Shown here piece by piece: positions 47,184 to 55,921 of a DNA stretch of 64,000 nucleotides (the stretch's first letter is position 1; the number at the start of each line of letters is the position of its first letter). The notes beneath the pieces are model-generated. The model saw nothing but the letters and a program-made list of their open reading frames with translations. It searched no databases and had not been told where the DNA came from. This DNA is from Bacteroidales bacterium (GTDB lineage Bacteria > Bacteroidota > Bacteroidia > Bacteroidales > TTA-H9): assembly GCA_049969475.1 (NCBI GenBank), contig JBMFOU010000003.1, forward strand, positions 84,256 to 148,255. Reading direction: 5' to 3'. A program made the position numbers and the translations under genes.

Positions 47184-47576
47184 ATGACAGACTACAAAAT
47201 TCCGGACTGGAGCAGCAAAACCGTTCTCATAGTTGAAGACCTGGCTCATAATTATGAGTTGCTCTCCACCATGCTAATACCCACTGGTATTGCCATTGCA
47301 TGGGCTAAAAACGGACTGGAGGCCATCGAATACATTAGCAATCCCGCTAATCCCGCAGATATCGTATTGATGGACATCAACATGCCTGTTCTTAATGGGT
47401 ACATTGCTATTAAAAGGATCAAGGAGATGCGGCCCCAATTACCCATCATCACCCAAACAGCCTATGCCTACGAAGGGGAACAAGAAAAAAGTTTCAAAGC
47501 CGGTACCGACGAATATATTCTGAAGCCCATCCGCAGAGAGATCCTCATTGAGAAAATGCGCAAGTATCTGAGCTAA
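47184..47576 (+). CDS. Single-domain (CheY-like) response regulator
   Basis: 130 aa receiver only: VLIVEDL..., ...VLMDINMPVLNG..., ...LKPI. Confidence 0.85.
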   Translation: MTDYKIPDWSSKTVLIVEDLAHNYELLSTMLIPTGIAIAWAKNGLEAIEYISNPANPADIVLMDINMPVLNGYIAIKRIKEMRPQLPIITQTAYAYEGEQEKSFKAGTDEYILKPIRREILIEKMRKYLS

Positions 47577-47597
47577 CAACAAATAAACAGGTATCCC

Positions 47598-48443
47598 CTA
47601 GCGGGTAAGAATACGCAGGAATTCCTTTGGCTGAACACTCATAACGGGAATGGGAGAACGGTGAATCATTTGCTGCGCGTAGGGCCCCATGATGATATTA
47701 AGAGGTGAGCTGGTCTGCTCAGTCATTATGACAATAAGATTGGCGTCCACTTTTATGGCATAGTCAATCGTGGAATCCGTAGGATTTTTACATCTACGCG
47801 AGGTCATTAAAAAATCGATGTGGTTTTTTTCGAGATAGGCACAAGTTTGTTTAGCATACTCCAGCACAACTTGCTGAGCATCTTTTATCCCCGATTGGTA
47901 GAGAGCTAAAACATGTATTTCGGCATTGAAAAGTTTAGCCATCATGGTAGCATAGGGCACTTTCTGACGGGTGGAAAGGGTTGCATCGATGGGTAAAATA
48001 ATTCTACGCATCTGTTTTTCCGGTTTTACCCCTTCCCTCAGTGTAATCACCGGACAGGGGGCAGCACTGATGATGCGGAAGGCATTGCTGCCAATCCACA
48101 ATTCCTCAAAGCCAGAGGCACCGTGGGTTCCGGCCACAATCATCATGGCTTTGCTTTCTTTGGCCTCATCTGCCACCTCACGAAATACTTTCCCTTCACG
48201 AATTTTAAAACTCACTTCACCGTGAGGCATCACCAGCTGAAACCGCTGCGTCAGTTCCTCAAGAAGATGAGTGGCTTCGTCCAGGGGATCCTTGTATTTG
48301 TATATTGTTTTGTATTTGTGTTCGGGATTGTAAATATAAACAAGTTTTAAGTTTGCCCCAGCCCGCTGGGCTATTCCGGCCGCATGCTCAGCCGCATTTA
48401 CCGAACATTCCGAAAAATCTATGGCCGCAAGGATTTCTTTCAT
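47598..48443 (-). CDS. Tandem-domain universal stress protein
   Basis: MKEILAAIDFSE... and two UspA-like halves (VAGTHGASGF...). I chose the ATG at 48443 rather than the TTG at 48452. Confidence 0.85.
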   Translation of the reverse strand: MKEILAAIDFSECSVNAAEHAAGIAQRAGANLKLVYIYNPEHKYKTIYKYKDPLDEATHLLEELTQRFQLVMPHGEVSFKIREGKVFREVADEAKESKAMMIVAGTHGASGFEELWIGSNAFRIISAAPCPVITLREGVKPEKQMRRIILPIDATLSTRQKVPYATMMAKLFNAEIHVLALYQSGIKDAQQVVLEYAKQTCAYLEKNHIDFLMTSRRCKNPTDSTIDYAIKVDANLIVIMTEQTSSPLNIIMGPYAQQMIHRSPIPVMSVQPKEFLRILTR

Positions 48444-48448
48444 GACGT

Positions 48449-48862
48449 TCAATCTTGAAATTTTTCAAAATACACATTATCAGGCACAATAAAAGCGTTA
48501 GGGAAAAATCCCAGCAGGACTTGAAGAAAAGCCTCGGCCGACATTTTGTCCCGAAAATCTCCTACCCTGACACGGTAGTAGGGTTCGGTGAAGGTAAGGT
48601 AAACCCCATAGGTAGGAAATAGCTGCATAAAACGATCCCTGACCCCCATCGCAGCAGTGCGGGCGTTGTTTCCCGATTCAAAATAGATCTGAATCCGATA
48701 TCCCTCCACAGTAGGGTTGAGTTGGTTAAAAGCAATATGTTCCTGAATTAGGCTATCTACGATGGGATCCTGCACGATGATAATTCTACCAGAGGTATCA
48801 TTCTGGCCTCGAAGAAAAAGACTACTCAGGCATAAAGCAAGGATAAAAATGAAAGGTTTCAT
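48449..48862 (-). CDS. SPOR-domain protein (secreted)
   Basis: Signal peptide plus a C-terminal SPOR-like GYRIQIYFESG...YYRVRVGDFRDKMSAEAFL. Confidence 0.8.
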   Translation of the reverse strand: MKPFIFILALCLSSLFLRGQNDTSGRIIIVQDPIVDSLIQEHIAFNQLNPTVEGYRIQIYFESGNNARTAAMGVRDRFMQLFPTYGVYLTFTEPYYRVRVGDFRDKMSAEAFLQVLLGFFPNAFIVPDNVYFEKFQD

Positions 48863-48941
48863 CTTTTATAAAACAGCCTTTTAAAGGTATTTTCTAAATA
48901 GAGTTCTGAGTAAGATCGCTATCCTTAGCAACACAAAGTAG

Positions 48942-48949
48942 CAAAGGTA
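48942..48949 (-). promoter_or_regulatory. -7 box candidate for the SPOR-USP operon
   Basis: The - strand reads TACCTTTG, about 80 nt upstream of the ATG at 48862. Confidence 0.35.
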
Positions 48950-48950
48950 C

Positions 48951-49778
48951 TTATTTATTATGACCATGAGAGCTCAGCACGGGAACAGGCGACAGGTTGA
49001 TGATGAGCCGTGCATTGGGGCCCAGCAGAGCGCCTGTACCGTAACTTTCCTGCTCGGTCATTATAGAGATAAGATCTACCCCGACATTGGTTGCATGATC
49101 GAGTAAAGTATCGGTAATATTATCGGTGGAATAGCTATAAAAAGAGGTGGGAATTCCCTGGTTTTCCATGTATTTTAAAGCTTCACGGGCATGTGCTTCG
49201 GTACGCAGCTTTAGCGATTGCAGACTATCGGTTATGAGCTGCACCACCTGAACCTCTGAACCGAATAGTTTTGCCAGCTCAGCCGTAATGGAAAGCTTCT
49301 GCAAGGTCTCATTCGAATTATCGATGGGCAATAAAATACGATTCAGGCTATCTTTTTGGTTGGGAGTATACCGAACCGTTATTACCGGACAGGGCGCATG
49401 AGTAACAATGCGGTAGGCATTGCTTCCTATCCACTGCTTTTCAAATCCACTGCCCCCATGTGTTCCGCAAATAATAAGGTCGGCCTCGAGAGTACGGGCC
49501 AGGGAACTCATCTCGCTGTAAACCTTGCCCCTGCGAATCTTAAAGGAGATAGGTGGACGCTTAGGACTTACATATTTTTTAACCAGGGCTTCCAGCATCG
49601 ACCGGGCCTCCTGCCGTAGGGCCGAGGAAGGTGAGGTAAACAATCCCTCCTGTATAGTCTGGTTATCTACCCAAACCATTACTAATTCTGCCTTACTGAC
49701 TTTTGAAAACCAAAGGGCATATTTCAATGCTTTACGCGATCCCTTGGAGAAATCGATGGCTACCAGAATTTTTTTCAT
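48951..49778 (-). CDS. Tandem-domain universal stress protein
   Basis: I chose the start at MKKILVAIDFSKGS (ATG 49778); the 34-codon extension in the ORF track is not Usp-like. Contains the CGTHGGSGF motif. Confidence 0.85.
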   Translation of the reverse strand: MKKILVAIDFSKGSRKALKYALWFSKVSKAELVMVWVDNQTIQEGLFTSPSSALRQEARSMLEALVKKYVSPKRPPISFKIRRGKVYSEMSSLARTLEADLIICGTHGGSGFEKQWIGSNAYRIVTHAPCPVITVRYTPNQKDSLNRILLPIDNSNETLQKLSITAELAKLFGSEVQVVQLITDSLQSLKLRTEAHAREALKYMENQGIPTSFYSYSTDNITDTLLDHATNVGVDLISIMTEQESYGTGALLGPNARLIINLSPVPVLSSHGHNK

Positions 49779-49929
49779 AGCCGTAGGTATTAAAAGGTTA
49801 GTAGTTACAAGCAGATAACACCTGCATTGAGAATAATTTAGGGCTAAGTTAACATGATTTTTCGAAGAATAAAACCACATAGACCATAAAAGGCGAAAAG
49901 GTTAATTTTGTGGGGCACAAAACCAAAGG

Positions 49930-50952
49930 ATGAATACGAATCTGGATGCGTCGGGAAAATACATGAGCCCTGCCGAGCGCGAGATAGAAAAAGTGCTTCG
50001 GCCCCTGGAGTTTGGCGACTTTGCCGGACAACCTCAGGTAGTCGAAAATCTGAGAATATTTGTAAAGGCTGCTAGGCAACGGGGCGAGGCACTCGATCAT
50101 GTATTACTGCATGGCCCTCCCGGCCTGGGGAAAACCACGCTATCCTACATCATAGCCAACGAACTGGGTGTGGGAATCAAAGTTACCTCAGGTCCTGTGC
50201 TTGAGAAACCCGGTGATCTGGCCGGATTGCTCACCGGACTAGCCCCCCGCGACGTGTTGTTTATTGACGAAATACACCGACTGAGCCCTGTGGTGGAAGA
50301 GTATCTCTATTCCGCCATGGAGGATTTCAAAATTGACATCATGATAGAAACGGGGCCTAATGCCCGCAGTGTGCAAATCGGGCTTAACCCCTTTACGCTG
50401 GTAGGGGCCACCACTCGCAGTGGCTTGCTTACTGCCCCCTTGCGTTCCCGTTTTGGCATAACGGCTCGACTTACTTATTACACAGCCGAGATTTTGCAAC
50501 ACATTGTTCTCAGGTCGGCAGGTATACTGAGGGTTGATATACAGCCGGAAGCTGCCCTCGAGATTGCTCGGCGTAGCCGGGGTACACCACGCATAGCCAA
50601 CCTTTTGCTGCGCCGTGTACGCGATTTTGCCCAGGTGAAAGGCAATGGCAGCATCGACCTTGAGATTGCACTTTTTGCCCTCAATGCCCTTAATGTCGAT
50701 AATCACGGACTCGACGAAATGGACAACCGCATCCTGCGAGCCATCATCGAAAAATTCAACGGTGGGCCTGTGGGGCTCAATACCATTGCCACCAGTGTAG
50801 GCGAAGACCCGGGAACCATTGAAGAGGTTTACGAACCCTTCCTCATCCAGGAAGGTTTCCTGCAGCGAACGCCCCGTGGACGCGAAGCAACCGAAAGAGC
50901 CTGGCTACATATCGGCAAAATACCCCCGGCCATGCAGGGCCGCCTATTCTGA
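49930..50952 (+). CDS. ruvB: Holliday junction DNA helicase RuvB
   Basis: Walker [10 protein letters not shown], Walker [10 protein letters not shown], and [16 protein letters not shown]. Confidence 0.96.
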   Translation: MNTNLDASGKYMSPAEREIEKVLRPLEFGDFAGQPQVVENLRIFVKAARQRGEALDHVLLHGPPGLGKTTLSYIIANELGVGIKVTSGPVLEKPGDLAGLLTGLAPRDVLFIDEIHRLSPVVEEYLYSAMEDFKIDIMIETGPNARSVQIGLNPFTLVGATTRSGLLTAPLRSRFGITARLTYYTAEILQHIVLRSAGILRVDIQPEAALEIARRSRGTPRIANLLLRRVRDFAQVKGNGSIDLEIALFALNALNVDNHGLDEMDNRILRAIIEKFNGGPVGLNTIATSVGEDPGTIEEVYEPFLIQEGFLQRTPRGREATERAWLHIGKIPPAMQGRLF

Positions 50953-50969
50953 AACCTCCGGTAAAATCA

Positions 50970-51947
50970 ATGATGAATGAACTAAAATCCTTCATACATC
51001 AGTTGGCCCTTGAGGAAGGATTTGCGACTTGCGGTTTCGCCCGGGCCCGCTTTCTCGAGGAGCCCTTCCAGCGCTACATGCAGGCCATGGAAGAAGGATT
51101 TTTTGCCGACATGCACTACCTGGAACGAGAACCCCGTCGCAGATTCGACCCTGAATTAGTTTTACCCGGCGCTCGCTCAGTTATTGTAGTTTTGGCCGAT
51201 TATCACCATGGGTTTAAGCAAAAAGAAGGTGCATTTTACAAAATTGCCAAATACGCTGTAACAGAGGACTATCACGATACGATGCTACTTCGTCTAAAAG
51301 CCCTGGTTAAAAAGATCGATCAGCAATATCCGGGATATAATTATAAAACTTATACCGATACAGGCCCCGTGGCTGAGAAAACCTGGGCCGTAGAAGCCGG
51401 GCTGGGTGTTTGGGGGAAAAACACCCTTTTGCTGACAGAAAAGGGCAGTTGGTTTTTCATTGGCATCATTCTTACCGATGCTGACCTGGAACCCGATGCC
51501 CCGCTTTCTACCAACCTTTGTGCCGATTGCAATATATGCTTAAGAGCCTGCCCCACAGGTGCACTGGTTGCCCCATTCAGGCTCGACGCCCGTAAATGTA
51601 TTTCTTATCAGACCATTGAAAATAAAGGAGAAATAGATGAGAAAGTTGCTCAAAGACTAGGCACCCGGCTCTATGGCTGCGATACATGCCAGGATGTTTG
51701 CCCCTATAATCGAAAGGAAGCGCCCCGGCCGGTCATGTTTCAGCCAGGACTGGTACTAAACCTCTCCAAAGAAGACTTTGATTCTCTGGACGAGGAGGGC
51801 TTTCGCTGGATTTTTAATAGTACGGCCGTTAAACGATTGAAGTTTTCCAGGTACAAACGGAACCTCAACGCACTACAAACGCAAAAAAGGCCGTCCACCG
51901 GAGCAAACGGCCCTGTCCATAGTTGTACCCGAAGGTTAAAGAATTGA
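50970..51947 (+). CDS. queG: Epoxyqueuosine reductase
   Basis: Two 4Fe-4S ferredoxin motifs (CADCNICLRACPTGA and CDTCQDVCPYN) in a QueG-like context; 325 aa. Confidence 0.9.
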   Translation: MMNELKSFIHQLALEEGFATCGFARARFLEEPFQRYMQAMEEGFFADMHYLEREPRRRFDPELVLPGARSVIVVLADYHHGFKQKEGAFYKIAKYAVTEDYHDTMLLRLKALVKKIDQQYPGYNYKTYTDTGPVAEKTWAVEAGLGVWGKNTLLLTEKGSWFFIGIILTDADLEPDAPLSTNLCADCNICLRACPTGALVAPFRLDARKCISYQTIENKGEIDEKVAQRLGTRLYGCDTCQDVCPYNRKEAPRPVMFQPGLVLNLSKEDFDSLDEEGFRWIFNSTAVKRLKFSRYKRNLNALQTQKRPSTGANGPVHSCTRRLKN

Positions 51948-54900
51948 TATCCTGCGGGTTAATTCGCCCTGGTCAGTCATTACCTTCACCAGGTAAATCC
52001 CGGGTTTCAGGGCACGCAGATTGATTTCGGAATTATTTCTGAAATCCATGATCCGGAGGATTTCTTCCCCGGTCAGGCTATAAACAGATATCCTGCTGAT
52101 ATTTAACCCTTCACCATTAAGCTTCAGCCAGGCTGTTCCCTGGGTAACAGGATTGGGATAAAGCGTCATACTTAGCGAGGGAGCATGGGGACGAATGCCC
52201 GTGACATCAATTACGGTGATATAACCCGGACGGGAAATAATCATGGTGCTGTCAGGCGAACTCACCTCGAGGGTTACATCATAAGAACCCATAGTGTTGT
52301 AAGTAACCACGGGATTAGGATCGGTAGAGGTTTCAGGATCGCCACCCGGGAAGGTCCATACCCTGTTGGTAAATGCAGTACTCGATAAATCGTAAAACTG
52401 TACCTGCTCTCCTACGAGGATGGAGGTGGGAAGTGCAACAAAATTGGCCCAGTATGGACTACCAAATACATCAAAGAAGTTGAGGTATTCCCACATGAGC
52501 TGTTGTTTGGTGGAAGGCGTGGTAAAATCGACCAGGCCGCCAAATTCGTTGGAAGCCCCTATGGTTTTATAACCAGTACCTGGATTATTGGCAATGGCTA
52601 CATCATATAATGGGGAGGCATTCCGGAAAATGGTGAAGGAACCATTCTGCGGTTCGATTTTATCAATATAGTTATTGTCACCATTGTAAGTAAAGCTCAT
52701 ACCAGCCGTGAAAGTGGATGAAATACCGTTGATAGTGGTGAGGGTTCCACCATTATCTTTCAGACCTTTGATATTAAAAAGTGGATGAACTGGAGTGGGT
52801 GTGTTCAGCTGGTCGTAGTACCAGGTGTCACCACCTTCCATGTAAAGCCTGCCACCGTGAATCAAATAAGTTTTAAGTGCTTGACCTTCAGCAGGGGTGA
52901 GCACGTGCTTGTTGGGATAAACCCCCAGGCAGACAAAAACCGATTGATACTTATCGAGTTCAGTGGGGAAAGTTGTTGTGTAATCATGAATAACCCCCAA
53001 TTGGGTTAGGGCATTTTTCATCTGCGGCCCGCTGTTGGTATTTCCATCAAGGTCGATCACCAGGGCAGGGATGCGACCAATGGTAAGGGTAAATTCAAAA
53101 GAAGCAGAATAACCATAATCACCCGTATAAGTGATGGTGAGCGGAGCCTGATAACCCGGAGGGGTATTGGGAAGCGCCGAGACCACAAACGATTGGGTGG
53201 AAATGCCGAGAGGCAACAAATCACCATAAGGCACCGAGGGTGTGCTGATAATAAGATAGGGATCGCTGCTGGTTAAGGTTCCGGTGAGGTTATATGCAGC
53301 TGAAGTACCGGTGTTTGATACGGTAATGTTCAAATTTACTGTCTCTCCGGGGTCCAGACGATTATTGGGAATTCCATTGGTATCCACCACGGCAACCAGT
53401 CCATGGGCCAACACAGGGGCATGAGCCTGCAGTGTAAACAAACTATTCCAGGTGCTGGCAGTGTCTGAAACTATAAGTTTAAATGTAATAATCTGTTTAT
53501 CAGGAACCTGAGGAGAAACCATCACCTGAAAACCCTCAGGAATTGCAACTACCTGCCCGGCAGGTACGCTGCCATAATTTTCGGTACTGTCTATCAACGT
53601 AATATAGGGGCTCGATGTGCGTAGAGTTACCAAGGTATTTTCGGAGGGAGCCACCCCAATATTTTTAACTCCAATGGTAAGATTAGCCGTTTCAGCATAG
53701 TCGAGTTGTCCATTCCCATTGCCCAAAGAAAGGTCGGCTATCTGGCTGTTTTCATAAATCACATAGGGTCCGGTAGCAGGAATAACCGCCAGGTCGGTAA
53801 TGTAAGGAATACGGTTGTAATCGAAAATCACCAGGCGAACCGTATCAGGATTGAGGATGGGTTCAAAATTGAGGGTAGCCACACCATTCGAAACCCAGGT
53901 TGTGTTGAGTATCACTCCATCTTTGGAGAGAGTTACTCTTGCACCGTTCACCGGGCAATATACCGTAAAGGTGGTAGAGCCCACAAAAAGGGTAGGATTG
54001 TGATTGGCGGTGATGGGTTGAGGACTGGCAGTTCTAACCCAAAGGGTAGGATCTCCAAAAACGGTCCAGGTATCGGCCATATCGGCTCCATCGGTACCAT
54101 AGGTATCGATCATTTTGGCACAGCCATTCAAGGAGAGGCCTGCGAAAGTTCGTTTAATATTGTTAGGATAGGTTTCTACGAGAATATCCACCATTTCGTC
54201 CTGCCCTTCCATGGGTGGATTCCAGCTTTGGTTGATTGTGGAACCCAGGAAAGCAATGGCACCGGTAGGTTGATTGTTTTGCGATGCTCTGAGCCAAGCT
54301 TCAGCAAAACAGGTAGTATTCATAAATTCACCATTCACACAGGCTACCGACCAGATGAAAGGAAGTTTGCCCATGTTAGTAAGCTGATTTACATTGGCAT
54401 TGCTGAAACCCGAGGTGCCCCAGGAAGTATTACTCCCATGGCCGGTATAAAGAATAATACCTGTACCGTTGTTAACCTCTGTAGCTACCATAGCAGGGGT
54501 AGGATTGCCCGGAGCATCGTTGCCGCCCTGGTTGCCATCAAACAATTCGGGATTCCAGGTGTAGGTGTAGTTGAGCAATTTGGCCTGCATGTTGCGTACA
54601 TGCTGATAATCGTATTCATTATCATCGCCCGGCCCTTGGTCGGAAGCAATTCCCAGACATGTAGTGTACCAATCGTCGGTGAGGAATTTCGGATTCTTTT
54701 CATAATCAATGGTTCGGGTTACCTGAGTTTGGACATGGCTCACATTTTCAGCCGAAAAACGTCCGATGAAAACGTCGATATAATGGTCGTTACCCAGGAG
54801 GTAACCATAAGCATTATCAGAGGGCCCGCCGAGTCCACTTCCCTGATTTGTAGGTATCTGAGGGGCGTCCCCAACCAGCAATACAAAGGTTAAATCGGGA

Positions 54901-55778
54901 TGAGTGTTAAAGTAAGAGATGATGTAATTTTTAATGGCCGTGGCCGTGTTGCCTGTGGCCGTAGTACTAACCATTTCTGTGGGAATGCCAATGGAGTTTT
55001 TCCATTCAACATAGGGCTGCATGGAATTCATAAAATCAGGATAGCAGATTACCAGCATACTCCCAAAGTCATCCACCGGCGTATAATCGGTAGGGCTATA
55101 ATTGAGAAAATGCCTTGCATACACCTGATTAAACTCGTGAGTTATATGACGGCCCGTAGCCGGAGGGATAAGCGGATTGGGCCCAGTGGAGTTTACCTGA
55201 TAAATTTCCACAGTAAAGTCGTGATATACTCTGAGGGTTTTGCTGACGGGGTTGTATTGAAAAGGATAGATTACCAGGGTTTGTCCGCGAAAATCGCGAA
55301 GAATAAAGGGTTCTCTGAGCTCAGTCAATGATTCGGGCCAGAAACGGTTTTGGCTATATTCTTCGCCCCAGGTAAACGGAACGTTGGATGGATCAATATC
55401 GCGGGTAAAATTTCCTTTGGCTGGTGCTACCTCTACATTCGGATAGTCAGTGTATGAAGCGCTTACTACACGGGTGCTCATCAGGCCATCATCAGGGATA
55501 ATGACTGAAACCGTGAGTTTGGCCAGGTCGGGGGCACCGGCCTTTAGAATACGGGAAGAATTATCCACATCTACAACGAAAGCCTCTCCCCTGGGGGTTT
55601 GGATGGAATTAAGATAAAATCCCGGCACCTGAACATTTATTACAGAATGCTGGATATCTGAACTTTGCAAAGTAATTGAGGCCTTTCCGGGCTCGGATGA
55701 GGCCATAGGAACCCAATTCCCTGCTTTCAAGTAAAAAATACTAAGTAAAACCAGTACAAATAATAAAAGACGTTTCAT
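51936..55778 (-). CDS. Gingipain-like C25 cysteine peptidase with Ig-like repeats, an unassigned ~200-aa module, a PKD-like domain and a T9SS type-A sorting domain
   Basis: His/Cys dyad context ILYTGHGSNTSWGTSGF...LPFIWSVACVNGEF closely resembles the gingipain R catalytic region. There is a PKD-like segment (VQFYDLS...WTFPGGDP...YNTMGSYDVTLEV). The C-terminus LYPNPVTQGTAWLKL...GIYLVKVMTDQGELTRRISIL is a type-A CTD. Confidence 0.9.
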   Translation of the reverse strand: MKRLLLFVLVLLSIFYLKAGNWVPMASSEPGKASITLQSSDIQHSVINVQVPGFYLNSIQTPRGEAFVVDVDNSSRILKAGAPDLAKLTVSVIIPDDGLMSTRVVSASYTDYPNVEVAPAKGNFTRDIDPSNVPFTWGEEYSQNRFWPESLTELREPFILRDFRGQTLVIYPFQYNPVSKTLRVYHDFTVEIYQVNSTGPNPLIPPATGRHITHEFNQVYARHFLNYSPTDYTPVDDFGSMLVICYPDFMNSMQPYVEWKNSIGIPTEMVSTTATGNTATAIKNYIISYFNTHPDLTFVLLVGDAPQIPTNQGSGLGGPSDNAYGYLLGNDHYIDVFIGRFSAENVSHVQTQVTRTIDYEKNPKFLTDDWYTTCLGIASDQGPGDDNEYDYQHVRNMQAKLLNYTYTWNPELFDGNQGGNDAPGNPTPAMVATEVNNGTGIILYTGHGSNTSWGTSGFSNANVNQLTNMGKLPFIWSVACVNGEFMNTTCFAEAWLRASQNNQPTGAIAFLGSTINQSWNPPMEGQDEMVDILVETYPNNIKRTFAGLSLNGCAKMIDTYGTDGADMADTWTVFGDPTLWVRTASPQPITANHNPTLFVGSTTFTVYCPVNGARVTLSKDGVILNTTWVSNGVATLNFEPILNPDTVRLVIFDYNRIPYITDLAVIPATGPYVIYENSQIADLSLGNGNGQLDYAETANLTIGVKNIGVAPSENTLVTLRTSSPYITLIDSTENYGSVPAGQVVAIPEGFQVMVSPQVPDKQIITFKLIVSDTASTWNSLFTLQAHAPVLAHGLVAVVDTNGIPNNRLDPGETVNLNITVSNTGTSAAYNLTGTLTSSDPYLIISTPSVPYGDLLPLGISTQSFVVSALPNTPPGYQAPLTITYTGDYGYSASFEFTLTIGRIPALVIDLDGNTNSGPQMKNALTQLGVIHDYTTTFPTELDKYQSVFVCLGVYPNKHVLTPAEGQALKTYLIHGGRLYMEGGDTWYYDQLNTPTPVHPLFNIKGLKDNGGTLTTINGISSTFTAGMSFTYNGDNNYIDKIEPQNGSFTIFRNASPLYDVAIANNPGTGYKTIGASNEFGGLVDFTTPSTKQQLMWEYLNFFDVFGSPYWANFVALPTSILVGEQVQFYDLSSTAFTNRVWTFPGGDPETSTDPNPVVTYNTMGSYDVTLEVSSPDSTMIISRPGYITVIDVTGIRPHAPSLSMTLYPNPVTQGTAWLKLNGEGLNISRISVYSLTGEEILRIMDFRNNSEINLRALKPGIYLVKVMTDQGELTRRISIL

Positions 55779-55817
55779 GGTTTGTAAATATTTAACACAT
55801 AATAAATGTTTTAACCG

Positions 55818-55825
55818 ACAAAGAT
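55818..55825 (-). promoter_or_regulatory. -7 box candidate for the downstream C25 gene
   Basis: The - strand reads TATCTTTG, 40 nt upstream of the ATG at 55778. Confidence 0.4.
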
Positions 55826-55871
55826 AAAATATTTTTATGCAAACGTTTGTTAAAAGCCAAGTGCTTTCAGG

Positions 55872-55901
55872 AAATAATAAACCCCGGCGCTAAGCCGGGG
55901 T
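55872..55901 (-). terminator. Intrinsic terminator between the two C25 genes
   Basis: ACCCCGGC (55881-55888) pairs with GCCGGGGT (55894-55901), followed on the - strand by TTTATTATTT. It lies 20 nt after the stop of the upstream C25 gene. Confidence 0.65.
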
Positions 55902-55921
55902 AAAATCGATTGTCAAGAGAT

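Noticed and set aside
53706-54893. 395-aa + strand ORF antisense to the C25 peptidase gene. Similar cases: 56456-57268 (270 aa), 2333-3103 (256 aa) and 39131-39700 (189 aa).
   Set aside because: Each lies entirely inside a much longer opposite-strand gene with clear family motifs. The translations are low-complexity (G/R/I-rich) with no recognisable motifs, as expected for frame -1 shadows of long genes.
51936-55778. The 1280-aa C25 protein as the T9SS sortase PorU.
   Set aside because: The size is similar to PorU, but its catalytic region closely resembles gingipain R, it carries cargo-like PKD/Ig modules, and no porV-like barrel gene is adjacent. I did not exclude PorU formally; a phylogeny would settle it.
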